DNA from: Candidatus Iainarchaeum sp.
GTDB lineage: Archaea; Iainarchaeota; Iainarchaeia; Iainarchaeales; 0-14-0-20-30-16
Length of the DNA: 32,000 nt
Assembly: GCA_028710695.1 (NCBI GenBank)
Contig: JAQTTP010000006.1
Location: 22,635 to 54,634, forward strand
Direction: 5' to 3'
Shown: one piece after another, positions 1-8,756 of the stretch
How the letters are laid out: every line of letters starts with the position of its first letter
How positions within the stretch are numbered: position 1 is the first letter of the stretch
Made by a program: the position numbers and the translations under genes
Notes under the pieces: model-generated
Databases searched by the model: none
Told to the model about the DNA's origin: nothing
The model's input: only the letters and a program-made list of their open reading frames with translations

Positions 1-1229
1 ATGTAAATGTTCCTGTTGAAAAAGATGGAGTAAGTAGAAAAGTACTTGATCTTAAATACACAAGCTTTGCAAAAAAGATTTGCGAATTATATACAAACGA
101 TTTGTGCAAAGAGAATGGATCTTATTTGAATTTTTCTTATAAACAAAATAATTTTAAAACCTATAAATTTGAAGATATCGCTTTGTCTAATAAAAGTTAT
201 GATTTTGGAAATAAAATTGTGTTATTGGGTTCAAATGTAAAAAATCTTCATGATTATGTTAATACCCCTTTACAAAAAGAAATGCAGGGTGTAGTTTATC
301 AAGCAAATTATATTGAGAGTTATCTGCAGAAAAACTTTTTGAATAATTATTTTTATCTTGTATTTTTATTTAGTGTATTTTTAGTTATAATTACTTTTTT
401 AGTTGGTTATTTTATTGGGCCTAAATTGTCAATAATTTTGATTGTTTGTCTTTTATTATTGTGTTTTGTGTTATCTCTTGTACTGTTTGAATATCTTCTA
501 GTATTTAGTTTATTTTATCCTCTGGTTTCTGTAATAATATCTGGAGTTGCATTCTATCTGACAGATTATCAATTTAGAGGCATAGAAAAAAGAGGAATTA
601 CAAATTTGTTTAGTAAATATGTTTCAAAAAATGTTGTTAGTCATATGTTAAAGGATCCAAAAAAATATACAGATTATAATTCTGAAAGAAAAAGAGTTAC
701 AATATTATTTGGAGATATTAGGGGCTTTACAAAAATGTCTTCTAAGATGGACTCGGAAGATGTAATGCACACATTAAATGCCTATCTTAACGAAATGACG
801 GAAATTATTTTTAAACATGGTGGAACAGTAGACAAATATGTTGGTGATGAAATAATGGCTGTGTTTAATTCTCCAACCGATGTTAAAGACCATGAAAGAA
901 AAGCATTTGAATGTGCAAAAGAAATGTTGGCACATGTTGCAAAAGTAAATAAAAAAACAGGAAAGAAATTAAATTACGGCATTGGAATAAATTCAGGATA
1001 TGTTGTTGCAGGAAGCTTTGGTTCTAAGCACCGTTTGGAATATGGTGTGTTAGGAGACACAGTAAATTTAGCATCTCGTTTTTGTAGTGTTGCCCAAGGT
1101 AATGAAATTGTAATGGGTATAGGTACATATGATAGTCTGAAACTAACTGATAGGCTTGGACTTGAAAAAAAAGAATATGACCTAAAAGGAAAAGGCTACA
1201 CAACCGCATATGTTTTCAAGAAAAAGTGA
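1..1229 (+). CDS. CHASE2-like sensor / class III adenylate cyclase, transmembrane (5' end outside window)
   Basis: Frame is open from position 3 through the listed Met at 102 (VNVPVEKDGVSRKVLDLKYTSFAKKICELYTNDLCKENG...), resembling the C-terminal part of a CHASE2 domain. Then about three TM segments and a cyclase domain with VTILFGDIRGFT, DKYVGDEIMAVF and LGDTVNLASR motifs. Confidence 0.88.
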   Translation, partial: VNVPVEKDGVSRKVLDLKYTSFAKKICELYTNDLCKENGSYLNFSYKQNNFKTYKFEDIALSNKSYDFGNKIVLLGSNVKNLHDYVNTPLQKEMQGVVYQANYIESYLQKNFLNNYFYLVFLFSVFLVIITFLVGYFIGPKLSIILIVCLLLLCFVLSLVLFEYLLVFSLFYPLVSVIISGVAFYLTDYQFRGIEKRGITNLFSKYVSKNVVSHMLKDPKKYTDYNSERKRVTILFGDIRGFTKMSSKMDSEDVMHTLNAYLNEMTEIIFKHGGTVDKYVGDEIMAVFNSPTDVKDHERKAFECAKEMLAHVAKVNKKTGKKLNYGIGINSGYVVAGSFGSKHRLEYGVLGDTVNLASRFCSVAQGNEIVMGIGTYDSLKLTDRLGLEKKEYDLKGKGYTTAYVFKKK

Positions 1230-1235
1230 GTTTAA

Positions 1236-1877
1236 ATGTTAACAAAAAAAATTGAAGAACTTAAAAAAAGTAAAATATCAAAATTAATTGCTGGCAGAAT
1301 AAAAGAATTTAAAACAAAAAAATCAAGCGAGGAAATATTTTCTGAGCTCTGTTTTTGTTTAATGACTGCAAACTTTAATGCTGAACGTTCGATAAAAATT
1401 CAAGAGCAAATAGGGGCAAAAGGATTTCTAAATCTTCCAGAACAAAAGCTTGCTACAAAATTAAAAGAGTTGGGTCACAGGTTCCCAAATACAAGAGCGA
1501 AATATATTGTTGAAGCCCGGGGGCATATAGGAGAAATTGTAAAGCAAGTAGGGCAAGGGCAGCATCAGTTAAGAGTTGACCATTTACAAAATATTAGGGC
1601 TTGGCTTGTAAAGAATGTAAAAGGCCTTGGCTTAAAAGAATCAAGTCATTTCTTGCGGAATATTGGATTTGATGACTTTGCAATAATAGATTTCCATATT
1701 GTTGACTTGTTGGTAAAAGAAAAGCTAGTAAGTAAAATTAAATCCGGTGCGCTTACAAAAATGAAGTACTTAGAAATTGAACAAATCCTACTTGGTATTG
1801 GCAAAAAAGTAAATCTTAATTTGGCAGAACTTGATTTATATTTATGGTACTTAGAAACAGGAAAGATACTGAAATAA
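1236..1877 (+). CDS. ogg: 8-oxoguanine DNA glycosylase / DNA lyase, archaeal Ogg (Ogg2) type
   Basis: 213 aa; HhH-GPD-like signature GLGLKESSHFLRNIGFDDFAIIDFHIVDLL with candidate catalytic Lys and Asp. Confidence 0.85.
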   Translation: MLTKKIEELKKSKISKLIAGRIKEFKTKKSSEEIFSELCFCLMTANFNAERSIKIQEQIGAKGFLNLPEQKLATKLKELGHRFPNTRAKYIVEARGHIGEIVKQVGQGQHQLRVDHLQNIRAWLVKNVKGLGLKESSHFLRNIGFDDFAIIDFHIVDLLVKEKLVSKIKSGALTKMKYLEIEQILLGIGKKVNLNLAELDLYLWYLETGKILK

Positions 1878-1905
1878 AATATTATTTATAATCTTAAAAA
1901 ATTAG

Positions 1906-1938
1906 ACCCTAAAAAAGGGTTAGGGAAAAATATTCCCT
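1906..1938. terminator. Two adjacent short hairpins between convergent genes
   Basis: ACCCT-AAAAA-AGGGT (1906-1920), then AGGGAA-AAATA-TTCCCT (1922-1938), followed by a T-rich stretch. Confidence 0.45.
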
Positions 1939-1961
1939 TAACTTTGTTTATTTTATACTAC

Positions 1962-2126
1962 TTATTTCTTCTTTAACATTGGTAATCCAGTTCTCTTATT
2001 CTCAACTACCTTGTATCCGCTTGGCAATTCAATTGAGCCCTTTGGATCCTTTGAAAAGTAGAACAATCTTCCTTTTTGGTGTAGGTGGTATGTTAAACCC
2101 TTGCTATTCTTATAACTAAATCCCAT
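1962..2126 (-). CDS. Small conserved-looking archaeal protein, 54 aa (missing from ORF track)
   Basis: Reverse strand translates to MGFSYKNSKGLTYHLHQKGRLFYFSKDPKGSIELPSGYKVVENKRTGLPMLKKK*, with GGAGGA upstream of the ATG. Fills an otherwise empty interval. Confidence 0.8.
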   Translation of the reverse strand: MGFSYKNSKGLTYHLHQKGRLFYFSKDPKGSIELPSGYKVVENKRTGLPMLKKK

Positions 2127-2216
2127 TCAGAATTCCTCCGTAAATGTTTACGTATAAATTACTTCGTATTCCTTAATAAACTTATCGCTTTTTTTATTCA
2201 TAGTTGCGAAGGAAAA

Positions 2217-3614
2217 GTGGTATTTTTGAAAATATATAACTCCCTAACGAAAAAATTAATGGGATTTAGAGCCAAAAAAGACGTAAATATGTATGTCTGC
2301 GGGCCAACAGTTTACAATTATGCACATATTGGCAATATGCGAACTTATATTTTTGGAGATTTAATCGCCAGATTCTTAGAATACAAGGGCTATAAAGTAA
2401 AATATGTAAGAAATTACACTGATGTTGATGATAAAACAATCAAAGGATCAATAGAAAACGGAAAAAGCTTGGAAGATTTTACTAATTTTTATATTAGAGA
2501 ATTTGAAAAAGACTGCTCTACTCTGAATTTGAATGAACCTGATGTTAAGCCAAGACCAACAAGACTAATAAAAGAAATTGTTGAATTTATTGAAGGCCTA
2601 ATAAAAGATGGATATGCCTACAAAGCAAAAGATGGTTCTACTTATTTTGATATCTCTAAATTTGTGCACTATGGAAAACTAAATAACATAAAACAAAAGG
2701 AATTGAAAAAAGGCGCAAGCGAGCGTGTGAATTTAGATGAATATGAAAAGGACAACGCATCTGACTTTGTATTATGGAAAGCTTGGAAAGAAGAAGATGG
2801 AAAGGTTTATTGGAATACAAGTTTGGGCAAAGGAAGACCGGGCTGGCATATAGAATGTTCTGTAATGTGTCATAAGTATTTAGGAAAAACCATTGATATT
2901 CATTGTGGTGGAGAAGATCTGAAATTCCCGCACCATGAAAACGAAATCGCACAAAGCGAAGCACATAATAATGCAAGATTTGTTAATTATTGGATACACT
3001 TTGGGATGCTAACAGTTGATGGAAAAAAAATGTCAAAGAGATATGGAAATATTTACACTATTAGAGAAATTTTAGAAAAAGGGTACAATCCAATAGCTTT
3101 GAAATTATATTATTTCATGTCAAATTATCGGTCAGCAATGGACTTCTCTTTTGAAGAATTAAAAGAAACTGAATTGAAGTTAAATGGATTCAACAAAACA
3201 ATAAAAAGGCTTGTTGGATATCATGGTCCGAAAGTAGATCTTGGAGAATACAAAAAGAAAATAAAAGGTTATTTGAAAGATATTGAAAAAGCAATGGATA
3301 ATGATTTTAATACTAGGCTTGCAATGACTTACTTATTAGATATGTTTAGTTATATAAACTTAAATATAACAGAAGGAAACTTGTCGACTGGGAATATTAA
3401 GTTTACTTTGCAAATGTTGAAAGTTTTAGATGTAGTGTTTGGAATCTTTAAGTTCCCTGAAGCACCGGCAACAATAATATTTGACAAGGTAAAAAAGAGA
3501 CAAGCATATAGGGCAAAGAAAGATTATGCAATGGCAGACAAGATGAGAGATCAGCTAAAGGATTACATGGTCGAGGACCACAAGAATGGCGCTTTCTCTG
3601 TGTATAAAAACTAA
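2217..3614 (+). CDS. cysS: Cysteinyl-tRNA synthetase (start GTG 2217 or TTG 2226)
   Basis: MYVCGPTVYNYAHIGNMRT (HIGH-type motif), GWHIECSVMCHKYLG, HCGGEDLKFPHHENEIAQSEA, DGKKMSKRYGN (KMSKS). Confidence 0.96.
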   Translation: MVFLKIYNSLTKKLMGFRAKKDVNMYVCGPTVYNYAHIGNMRTYIFGDLIARFLEYKGYKVKYVRNYTDVDDKTIKGSIENGKSLEDFTNFYIREFEKDCSTLNLNEPDVKPRPTRLIKEIVEFIEGLIKDGYAYKAKDGSTYFDISKFVHYGKLNNIKQKELKKGASERVNLDEYEKDNASDFVLWKAWKEEDGKVYWNTSLGKGRPGWHIECSVMCHKYLGKTIDIHCGGEDLKFPHHENEIAQSEAHNNARFVNYWIHFGMLTVDGKKMSKRYGNIYTIREILEKGYNPIALKLYYFMSNYRSAMDFSFEELKETELKLNGFNKTIKRLVGYHGPKVDLGEYKKKIKGYLKDIEKAMDNDFNTRLAMTYLLDMFSYINLNITEGNLSTGNIKFTLQMLKVLDVVFGIFKFPEAPATIIFDKVKKRQAYRAKKDYAMADKMRDQLKDYMVEDHKNGAFSVYKN

Positions 3615-3633
3615 ACAAAAAGCCTAAACGCGT

Positions 3634-3656
3634 ACTATTTATAAATAGTTTTTTTC
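3634..3656 (+). promoter_or_regulatory. 16-nt perfect palindrome ACTATTTATAAATAGT followed by T-tract; terminator of cysS or TATA element of cdc48
   Basis: Palindrome at 3634-3649 followed by TTTTTTC. It contains a TATAAATA-like core and sits about 60 nt upstream of the refined cdc48 ATG. Confidence 0.4.
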
Positions 3657-3709
3657 TAGTATATTATTAGTAAATTCTTTTTTTAGTGGTTAATCTTTTG
3701 GGTGATATC

Positions 3710-6010
3710 ATGGTTGTGGCAAAAGTAAAGGAAGCAGTAAGAAGCGATGTTGGAAGAGGAATAGCAAGGCTTGGGAAAAAACTGATGAAATCCCTAAAGC
3801 TAGAAGTGGGTGACGCAATAATAATAAAAGGCAAGAAAGAGGCCTGTGCATTAGTGTGGTCTGAGCTGCCTGATGACGAAAGCATAATCAGAATGGATGG
3901 AATCTTAAGGCACAATGCAGGAACAAGCCTGGACGAGGAAGTAGAATTAAAAAAAGTGGAATTAAAAGAAGCAAAGAAGATGCTTTTAGCCCCAACTCAA
4001 GAGATAAGTTTTTCAGCTGATTTTGTAGATTATGTTAAAGAAAAAATACTTAATATGCCTTTACTTATGGGAAATTCTTTGCTTATTAATGTGCTTGGAA
4101 CCCAATTGCAGTTAATAGTTACAAAAATGGAACCCTCACCAGGAAGAATTACATGGGATACTGATTTGAAGATTGCTGACAAGCCAATGAAAGTTGCAGA
4201 AAAAACAAAAGGAATAAGATATGAAAATATTGGTGGTTTGGAGAAAGAAATTGAAGCAATAAGAGAGATGGTAGAGATACCAATGAAGAATCCAGAAGTG
4301 TTTAGAAAATTGGGAATAAGCCCGCCAAAAGGAGTTTTATTACACGGTCCTCCTGGAACTGGGAAAACATTATTGGCTAAGGCAGTTGCAAATGAGACTG
4401 ATGCACATTTCATAACTCTAAATGGTCCAGAAATAATGAGCAAATATTATGGGCAAAGTGAAGAGAACTTGAGAAATGTTTTCAAAGAGGCAAAAGAAAA
4501 TGCGCCATCAATAATTTTTATTGATGAAATTGATGCAATCGCATCAAGCAGAGAAGAAACCCACGGAGAGGTAGAGAAGAGGGTTGTTTCTCAGCTTTTA
4601 ACTATGATGGACGGCTTGGAAGCAAGAGGGAATGTAATTGTAATTGCTGCAACCAACAGGCCAGATTCTTTAGATGCTGCTTTGAGAAGACCCGGAAGGT
4701 TTGATAGAGAATTACAAATTGGAATGCCAACAAGAATTGCAAGAAAAGAAATCCTGCAAATCCATACAAGGAACATGCCAATTACAATAAAAAAAGAAGA
4801 AATAACTTCTGACTTAATTTCAAAATTAAAAGAACTTACTAGGGATGGAAAAAAGGAACAAGATTTATCAAAAATGATAAAAGTTTTAGAATCGGATGAT
4901 AATGTAAACAAAAAAATTACTGACTTGTACAAACAAGTAGATCCAACTTTACTAAACGACTTGTTAAAGCAGAGTTTAGTTGCTTATCTTGCTGATGAAT
5001 CTATTGGTTTTTCAGGGGCAGATTTAGAGGTGCTTGCAAAAGAAGCAGCAATGCGTGCTTTGAGAAGAGTAATGCCACAGATAAAACAAGCAGAAGGAAA
5101 TTTGTCTAAGAAAATATTAGATGACATAATCATAACTATAGAAGACTTCTTTGAAGCATTAAAGTTTGTGGAACCGTCAGCTATGAGAGATATTTCTGTT
5201 GAGATACCTAAAGTTAGTTGGGACGATGTTGGTGGTCTTGAAGATGTAAAGGCAAAGATAAGAGAAAGCATAGAATGGCCAATGAAATATCCAGAACATT
5301 TCAAAACTGCAGGGATTTCGCCTCCACAAGGAATTATGCTTTATGGTCCACCTGGAACTGGAAAAACATTGATAGCAAAAGCAATTGCAAATGAGGCTAA
5401 ATTGAACTTCATTGTTGTAAAAGGCCCAGAACTTTTGAGTAAGTGGGTTGGAGAAAGTGAAAAAGGAATAAGAAAAATATTTAGTAGAGCAAGACATGTT
5501 GCTCCGGCAATGATTTTCTTTGATGAAATTGATGCTTTGGTTCCAACAAGAGGAAGAAGTAATAATGATGTTTCAGATAAGTTGACTGCACAATTGCTTA
5601 CAGAAATGGACGGTGTAACAAGAATACATGATATAATCATTATGGGATCTACAAATAGACTTGATTTACTAGATCCTGCTCTTTTAAGGCCCGGAAGATT
5701 TGATGTTGCCTTGTATGTTGGTCTTCCAGAAAAAGATGCAAGAAAGCAGATCCTAAAAGTTCATTCAAAAGACATGACTTTATCAAGTACAGTAAAGTTC
5801 GAAGAAGTTGCTGAGAAAACAGAAAACTATTCTGGCGCGGACTTGAGAGCGGTTTGTGTAGAGGCCGGATTGGAAGCAATAAGACGAGCAATAAAAGAGA
5901 AGAGGGATCTAAAAGAAGTTACAATGAAAGACTTCCACGAAGCAATTAAGAAAATAAAGCCAAGCGTGGATAGCGCGATAGTAGAAGGCAAAGATGTGAA
6001 TGTAAGATAG
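3710..6010 (+). CDS. cdc48: CDC48/VCP-type AAA+ ATPase with two ATPase domains
   Basis: CDC48 N-domain ([13 protein letters not shown]), two Walker A GPPGTGKT, Walker [11 protein letters not shown] and [10 protein letters not shown]. Start refined from 3686 (GTG) to ATG 3710, preceded by GGTGAT-N3. Confidence 0.96.
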   Translation: MVVAKVKEAVRSDVGRGIARLGKKLMKSLKLEVGDAIIIKGKKEACALVWSELPDDESIIRMDGILRHNAGTSLDEEVELKKVELKEAKKMLLAPTQEISFSADFVDYVKEKILNMPLLMGNSLLINVLGTQLQLIVTKMEPSPGRITWDTDLKIADKPMKVAEKTKGIRYENIGGLEKEIEAIREMVEIPMKNPEVFRKLGISPPKGVLLHGPPGTGKTLLAKAVANETDAHFITLNGPEIMSKYYGQSEENLRNVFKEAKENAPSIIFIDEIDAIASSREETHGEVEKRVVSQLLTMMDGLEARGNVIVIAATNRPDSLDAALRRPGRFDRELQIGMPTRIARKEILQIHTRNMPITIKKEEITSDLISKLKELTRDGKKEQDLSKMIKVLESDDNVNKKITDLYKQVDPTLLNDLLKQSLVAYLADESIGFSGADLEVLAKEAAMRALRRVMPQIKQAEGNLSKKILDDIIITIEDFFEALKFVEPSAMRDISVEIPKVSWDDVGGLEDVKAKIRESIEWPMKYPEHFKTAGISPPQGIMLYGPPGTGKTLIAKAIANEAKLNFIVVKGPELLSKWVGESEKGIRKIFSRARHVAPAMIFFDEIDALVPTRGRSNNDVSDKLTAQLLTEMDGVTRIHDIIIMGSTNRLDLLDPALLRPGRFDVALYVGLPEKDARKQILKVHSKDMTLSSTVKFEEVAEKTENYSGADLRAVCVEAGLEAIRRAIKEKRDLKEVTMKDFHEAIKKIKPSVDSAIVEGKDVNVR

Positions 6011-6059
6011 GGGAACAAACTTTCCCCTTTGAGTTGGGGCCATGAAGGCCCGGATTTTT
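6010..6059 (+). terminator. Tandem hairpins after cdc48
   Basis: GGGGAA-CAAACT-TTCCCC (6010-6027) with TTT; GGGCC-ATGAA-GGCCC (6037-6051) followed shortly by TTTTTT. Confidence 0.6.
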
Positions 6060-6100
6060 TCTCTAGTAAACTATTTATATTAATTTATTCTATCTTATAA

Positions 6101-6679
6101 ATGCATAAAGTAGGACAAAAAATCAACAAATGGCGTAATCTCCATTCCTTGAAATCTCAGAAAGGTCAGGAAAGTATTGTATTTGAAGTTCTTATTGCAG
6201 TTATACTAATGACTTTTGTTTTTGTAATTGGGGGGTATGCAATGAAATCCCTAAACGAAACAAAATGCTCAAAAGAAATAGACTTGTCTATGAGCCAACT
6301 TGCGAGCGCAATAGAAAAAGCAGGAGCAACAAGTATTGGTACATATTACTACAAATTTTCGCCATCTTCTTGTTTTAGAAATAAAGAAACAAGTTATGAA
6401 CTAAAATCTGAAAGTGCAACTTTGTGTTCATCTTATTGTCCTGGAACTAATTATTGTTACCTGCTGAAATATCAAAATCAACAAGATCCAGTTAGTCCTC
6501 TTAGGTATAAATGCGTAAATATTTCGAAATACGTTGGATTAAATAATACTGGAATTTGTTCTGCACAAGGAGATTATGATGTAATGCAAGTTAACCCAAC
6601 TATTTTCCACCAGGGGGATTATTTGTTTGAATCAAAATCTTTGACAGTTCCATCAATTTGTATTTATTATAAACAATAA
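6101..6679 (+). CDS. Pilin-like single-TM secreted protein, 192 aa
   Basis: N-terminus KSQKGQESIVFEVLIAVILMTFVFVIGGYAM resembles archaeal pilin-like or class III-type leaders; Cys-containing ectodomain. Confidence 0.75.
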   Translation: MHKVGQKINKWRNLHSLKSQKGQESIVFEVLIAVILMTFVFVIGGYAMKSLNETKCSKEIDLSMSQLASAIEKAGATSIGTYYYKFSPSSCFRNKETSYELKSESATLCSSYCPGTNYCYLLKYQNQQDPVSPLRYKCVNISKYVGLNNTGICSAQGDYDVMQVNPTIFHQGDYLFESKSLTVPSICIYYKQ

Positions 6680-6701
6680 GTGATGCCATCGCCGTGATTT
6701 T

Positions 6702-7328
6702 ATGATTGAGTTTATAATTTCCAAAATAGGTATATTGCTTTTTGCAGTGGCCGTGGCATCAGTGTTGATATTTTTTTCTTTAGGAATGAAAGATATTTTT
6801 GTTGCAGAGCAAGGCAGGGAAATTGCATCAACAATTATTAAGCAAGCAAAAGGTTTGTCGGAAACAGAGGCTTTGTGTACATCATTGAGGCTTAACTTGC
6901 CAAGATATATTGATATTTATGGGTCTACAGAAACATTTTCTTTGTCTGCATTGAATTATTTTTTTAAGATTTCAAAAGTTGATATTGGAAACGGCCAGAA
7001 TTCTGTTGTATTTGGAATTTACAAAAAAAATGGAAAAAAAGTTGGAAAACTTTTTGCAGTTGATAGTTTTAATACCAACTCTCAAATAGATTTTATTGGA
7101 ACTCCTGTGCCTGATGTTGACAAACCAGGTGAGACTTTAACTTGGGATCCGACCAACTCTTTGAGTAATGTAGTTTATGTTGTAAAAACAGTAATAAATG
7201 GTGAAGAAATAATCCATCTTGTTAAATGTGGGTATGACAAAAAAAGTGCAAACCCATATTCAAGTTGTTATTCTGCATTTGAAAATCTAAATATACCGGG
7301 GGTTTATTGTGTTCCAAAAGAAGATTAA
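6702..7328 (+). CDS. N-terminally anchored extracytoplasmic protein, 208 aa
   Basis: N-terminal TM (MIEFIISKIGILLFAVAVASVLIFFSLG), soluble remainder, GTGAT-TTT-ATG start context, same-strand cluster. Confidence 0.75.
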   Translation: MIEFIISKIGILLFAVAVASVLIFFSLGMKDIFVAEQGREIASTIIKQAKGLSETEALCTSLRLNLPRYIDIYGSTETFSLSALNYFFKISKVDIGNGQNSVVFGIYKKNGKKVGKLFAVDSFNTNSQIDFIGTPVPDVDKPGETLTWDPTNSLSNVVYVVKTVINGEEIIHLVKCGYDKKSANPYSSCYSAFENLNIPGVYCVPKED

Positions 7329-7923
7329 AAAGCAAAGTAGTAAGCCCCAAAGAAAAAAGGGCTTTATAGGAGCAATTGGTGATGATCTGCCAAGCTTGGT
7401 GCCAATATTTTTCTCTTTATTGATTTTTTTTGGAACTCTTTCATTTGTGTTTGTTACTCTTGGTGACAGAAATGCATATCTAGAAAAATATTTTGAGTCA
7501 ATATCTGTTTCAAAAGAAATATTGGGAAGTAGTTTTTATTCTGGATATACAGATTTTGATATGAGAGTTAAAGGGGTAAACACAACAGAGAAATATGCTG
7601 TTGGATTAATTTATAATCCAGAACTTTTAGGAAACAATATTTTTGATAAAGATTATTTTATTCAAAGTTTTGATAATCTTGGTATAGAAGAATTCCAGAT
7701 TCCAATAGATGATGTTGATTTTTTTTGTACTGTTGATGACAGTATTTGTAATTCTAATTCTGACAAAAATTATTTTGTATTTTCTAACGACCCAGATTTT
7801 GAAAATTCAATAGAACTGGACATTATTTTTAAAAACAACCAACCTCTAACCTATCTTTACCCAGTTACTTTGTCAACAAGTAAAGGGGTATTTGGGGTAT
7901 ATCTATATTTAATTGTGTGGTAA
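7309..7923 (+). CDS. N-terminally anchored extracytoplasmic protein, 204 aa
   Basis: RKKGFIGAIGDDLPSLVPIFFSLLIFFGTLSFVFV anchor; overlaps the previous CDS by 20 nt, suggesting coupling. Confidence 0.72.
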   Translation: MFQKKIKKQSSKPQRKKGFIGAIGDDLPSLVPIFFSLLIFFGTLSFVFVTLGDRNAYLEKYFESISVSKEILGSSFYSGYTDFDMRVKGVNTTEKYAVGLIYNPELLGNNIFDKDYFIQSFDNLGIEEFQIPIDDVDFFCTVDDSICNSNSDKNYFVFSNDPDFENSIELDIIFKNNQPLTYLYPVTLSTSKGVFGVYLYLIVW

Positions 7924-7925
7924 AT

Positions 7926-8690
7926 ATGAAGTCGAGAAAAATGAATCAGAGGGGCCAAGCAGCAGTTACTGATGCCTTATTTTTCTTGACTATAGTGGCA
8001 GTTGTTAGTGTACTGATGTTTACAAATGCAATGGGCTATGGAAAGAATCTAATTGATAGTAGTGTTGAGTATTACGAAAATACTTACATAATTTCTGCAT
8101 TAAAAACTTTGTATGCAGTAAGTAGTCCATTAGAATTAGATAAATATAGTGTTTTTGAAAGCAACTATAATGATACTTTGTTTACAATGTTAAAAAAAGA
8201 TTATTATCTTGACACAGTTTTGTCAAATGAAATGAAAATAAAAGTAATGGAATCTTTAAAAGAAATAATGAAACCAATAAACAAAAACAAAAATTATCTT
8301 TTCTATATTTATAACCCCAAAAATCAAGCAGGAGTTGGAGAGATTGTTCTTGCTGGATTTGTAATAACTCAAGAAGAGAGTGATGAAAAAATAACTTATA
8401 TTTGTGGAAAATCTTTAGACCCACAAATAAATAATATCTCTTTAGATGATATTTCATATTACCTTTCAAGGCACTTATTAGGGCAGAGATTTGCAGAAGG
8501 AAGAATGAGTTTATTAGAAAAACAAGGTGCGGATTCAACTCTTGTTATAGTAAATACAGGGCTTCTTGTTTGGACTGCAACCCCTGACATAGATAAATAT
8601 GGTGACTTTGTAGATCCCGGAACAGAATTTTTGAAAACAAACTGTTGTGTTTATACTCCTGGAACTTTATCTTGTCAGGTGAATCCGTAA
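7926..8690 (+). CDS. Pilin-like/secreted single-TM protein, about 254 aa
   Basis: MNQRGQAAVTDALFFLTIVAVVSVLMFTNAMGYG N-terminal segment. ATG 7926 (MKSRKMNQRGQ) preferred over GTG 7917. Confidence 0.77.
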   Translation: MKSRKMNQRGQAAVTDALFFLTIVAVVSVLMFTNAMGYGKNLIDSSVEYYENTYIISALKTLYAVSSPLELDKYSVFESNYNDTLFTMLKKDYYLDTVLSNEMKIKVMESLKEIMKPINKNKNYLFYIYNPKNQAGVGEIVLAGFVITQEESDEKITYICGKSLDPQINNISLDDISYYLSRHLLGQRFAEGRMSLLEKQGADSTLVIVNTGLLVWTATPDIDKYGDFVDPGTEFLKTNCCVYTPGTLSCQVNP

Positions 8691-8756
8691 TCTTATAGGA
8701 ATCAAAAACTAGTCCTGATTTTCTTTGTGTGGGTTTAATTTGTCTTTTTCCTTGGC

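Noticed and set aside
1024-1209. ORF on - strand, 61 aa
   Set aside because: Lies fully inside the well-supported cyclase domain; composition typical of an antisense shadow.
4030-5891. Several 80-137 aa ORFs antisense to cdc48 (e.g. 4030..4443, 4591..4932, 5341..5640)
   Set aside because: The coding strand carries unmistakable AAA+ motifs; the reverse ORFs are Leu/Ser/Phe-rich shadows without plausible start context.
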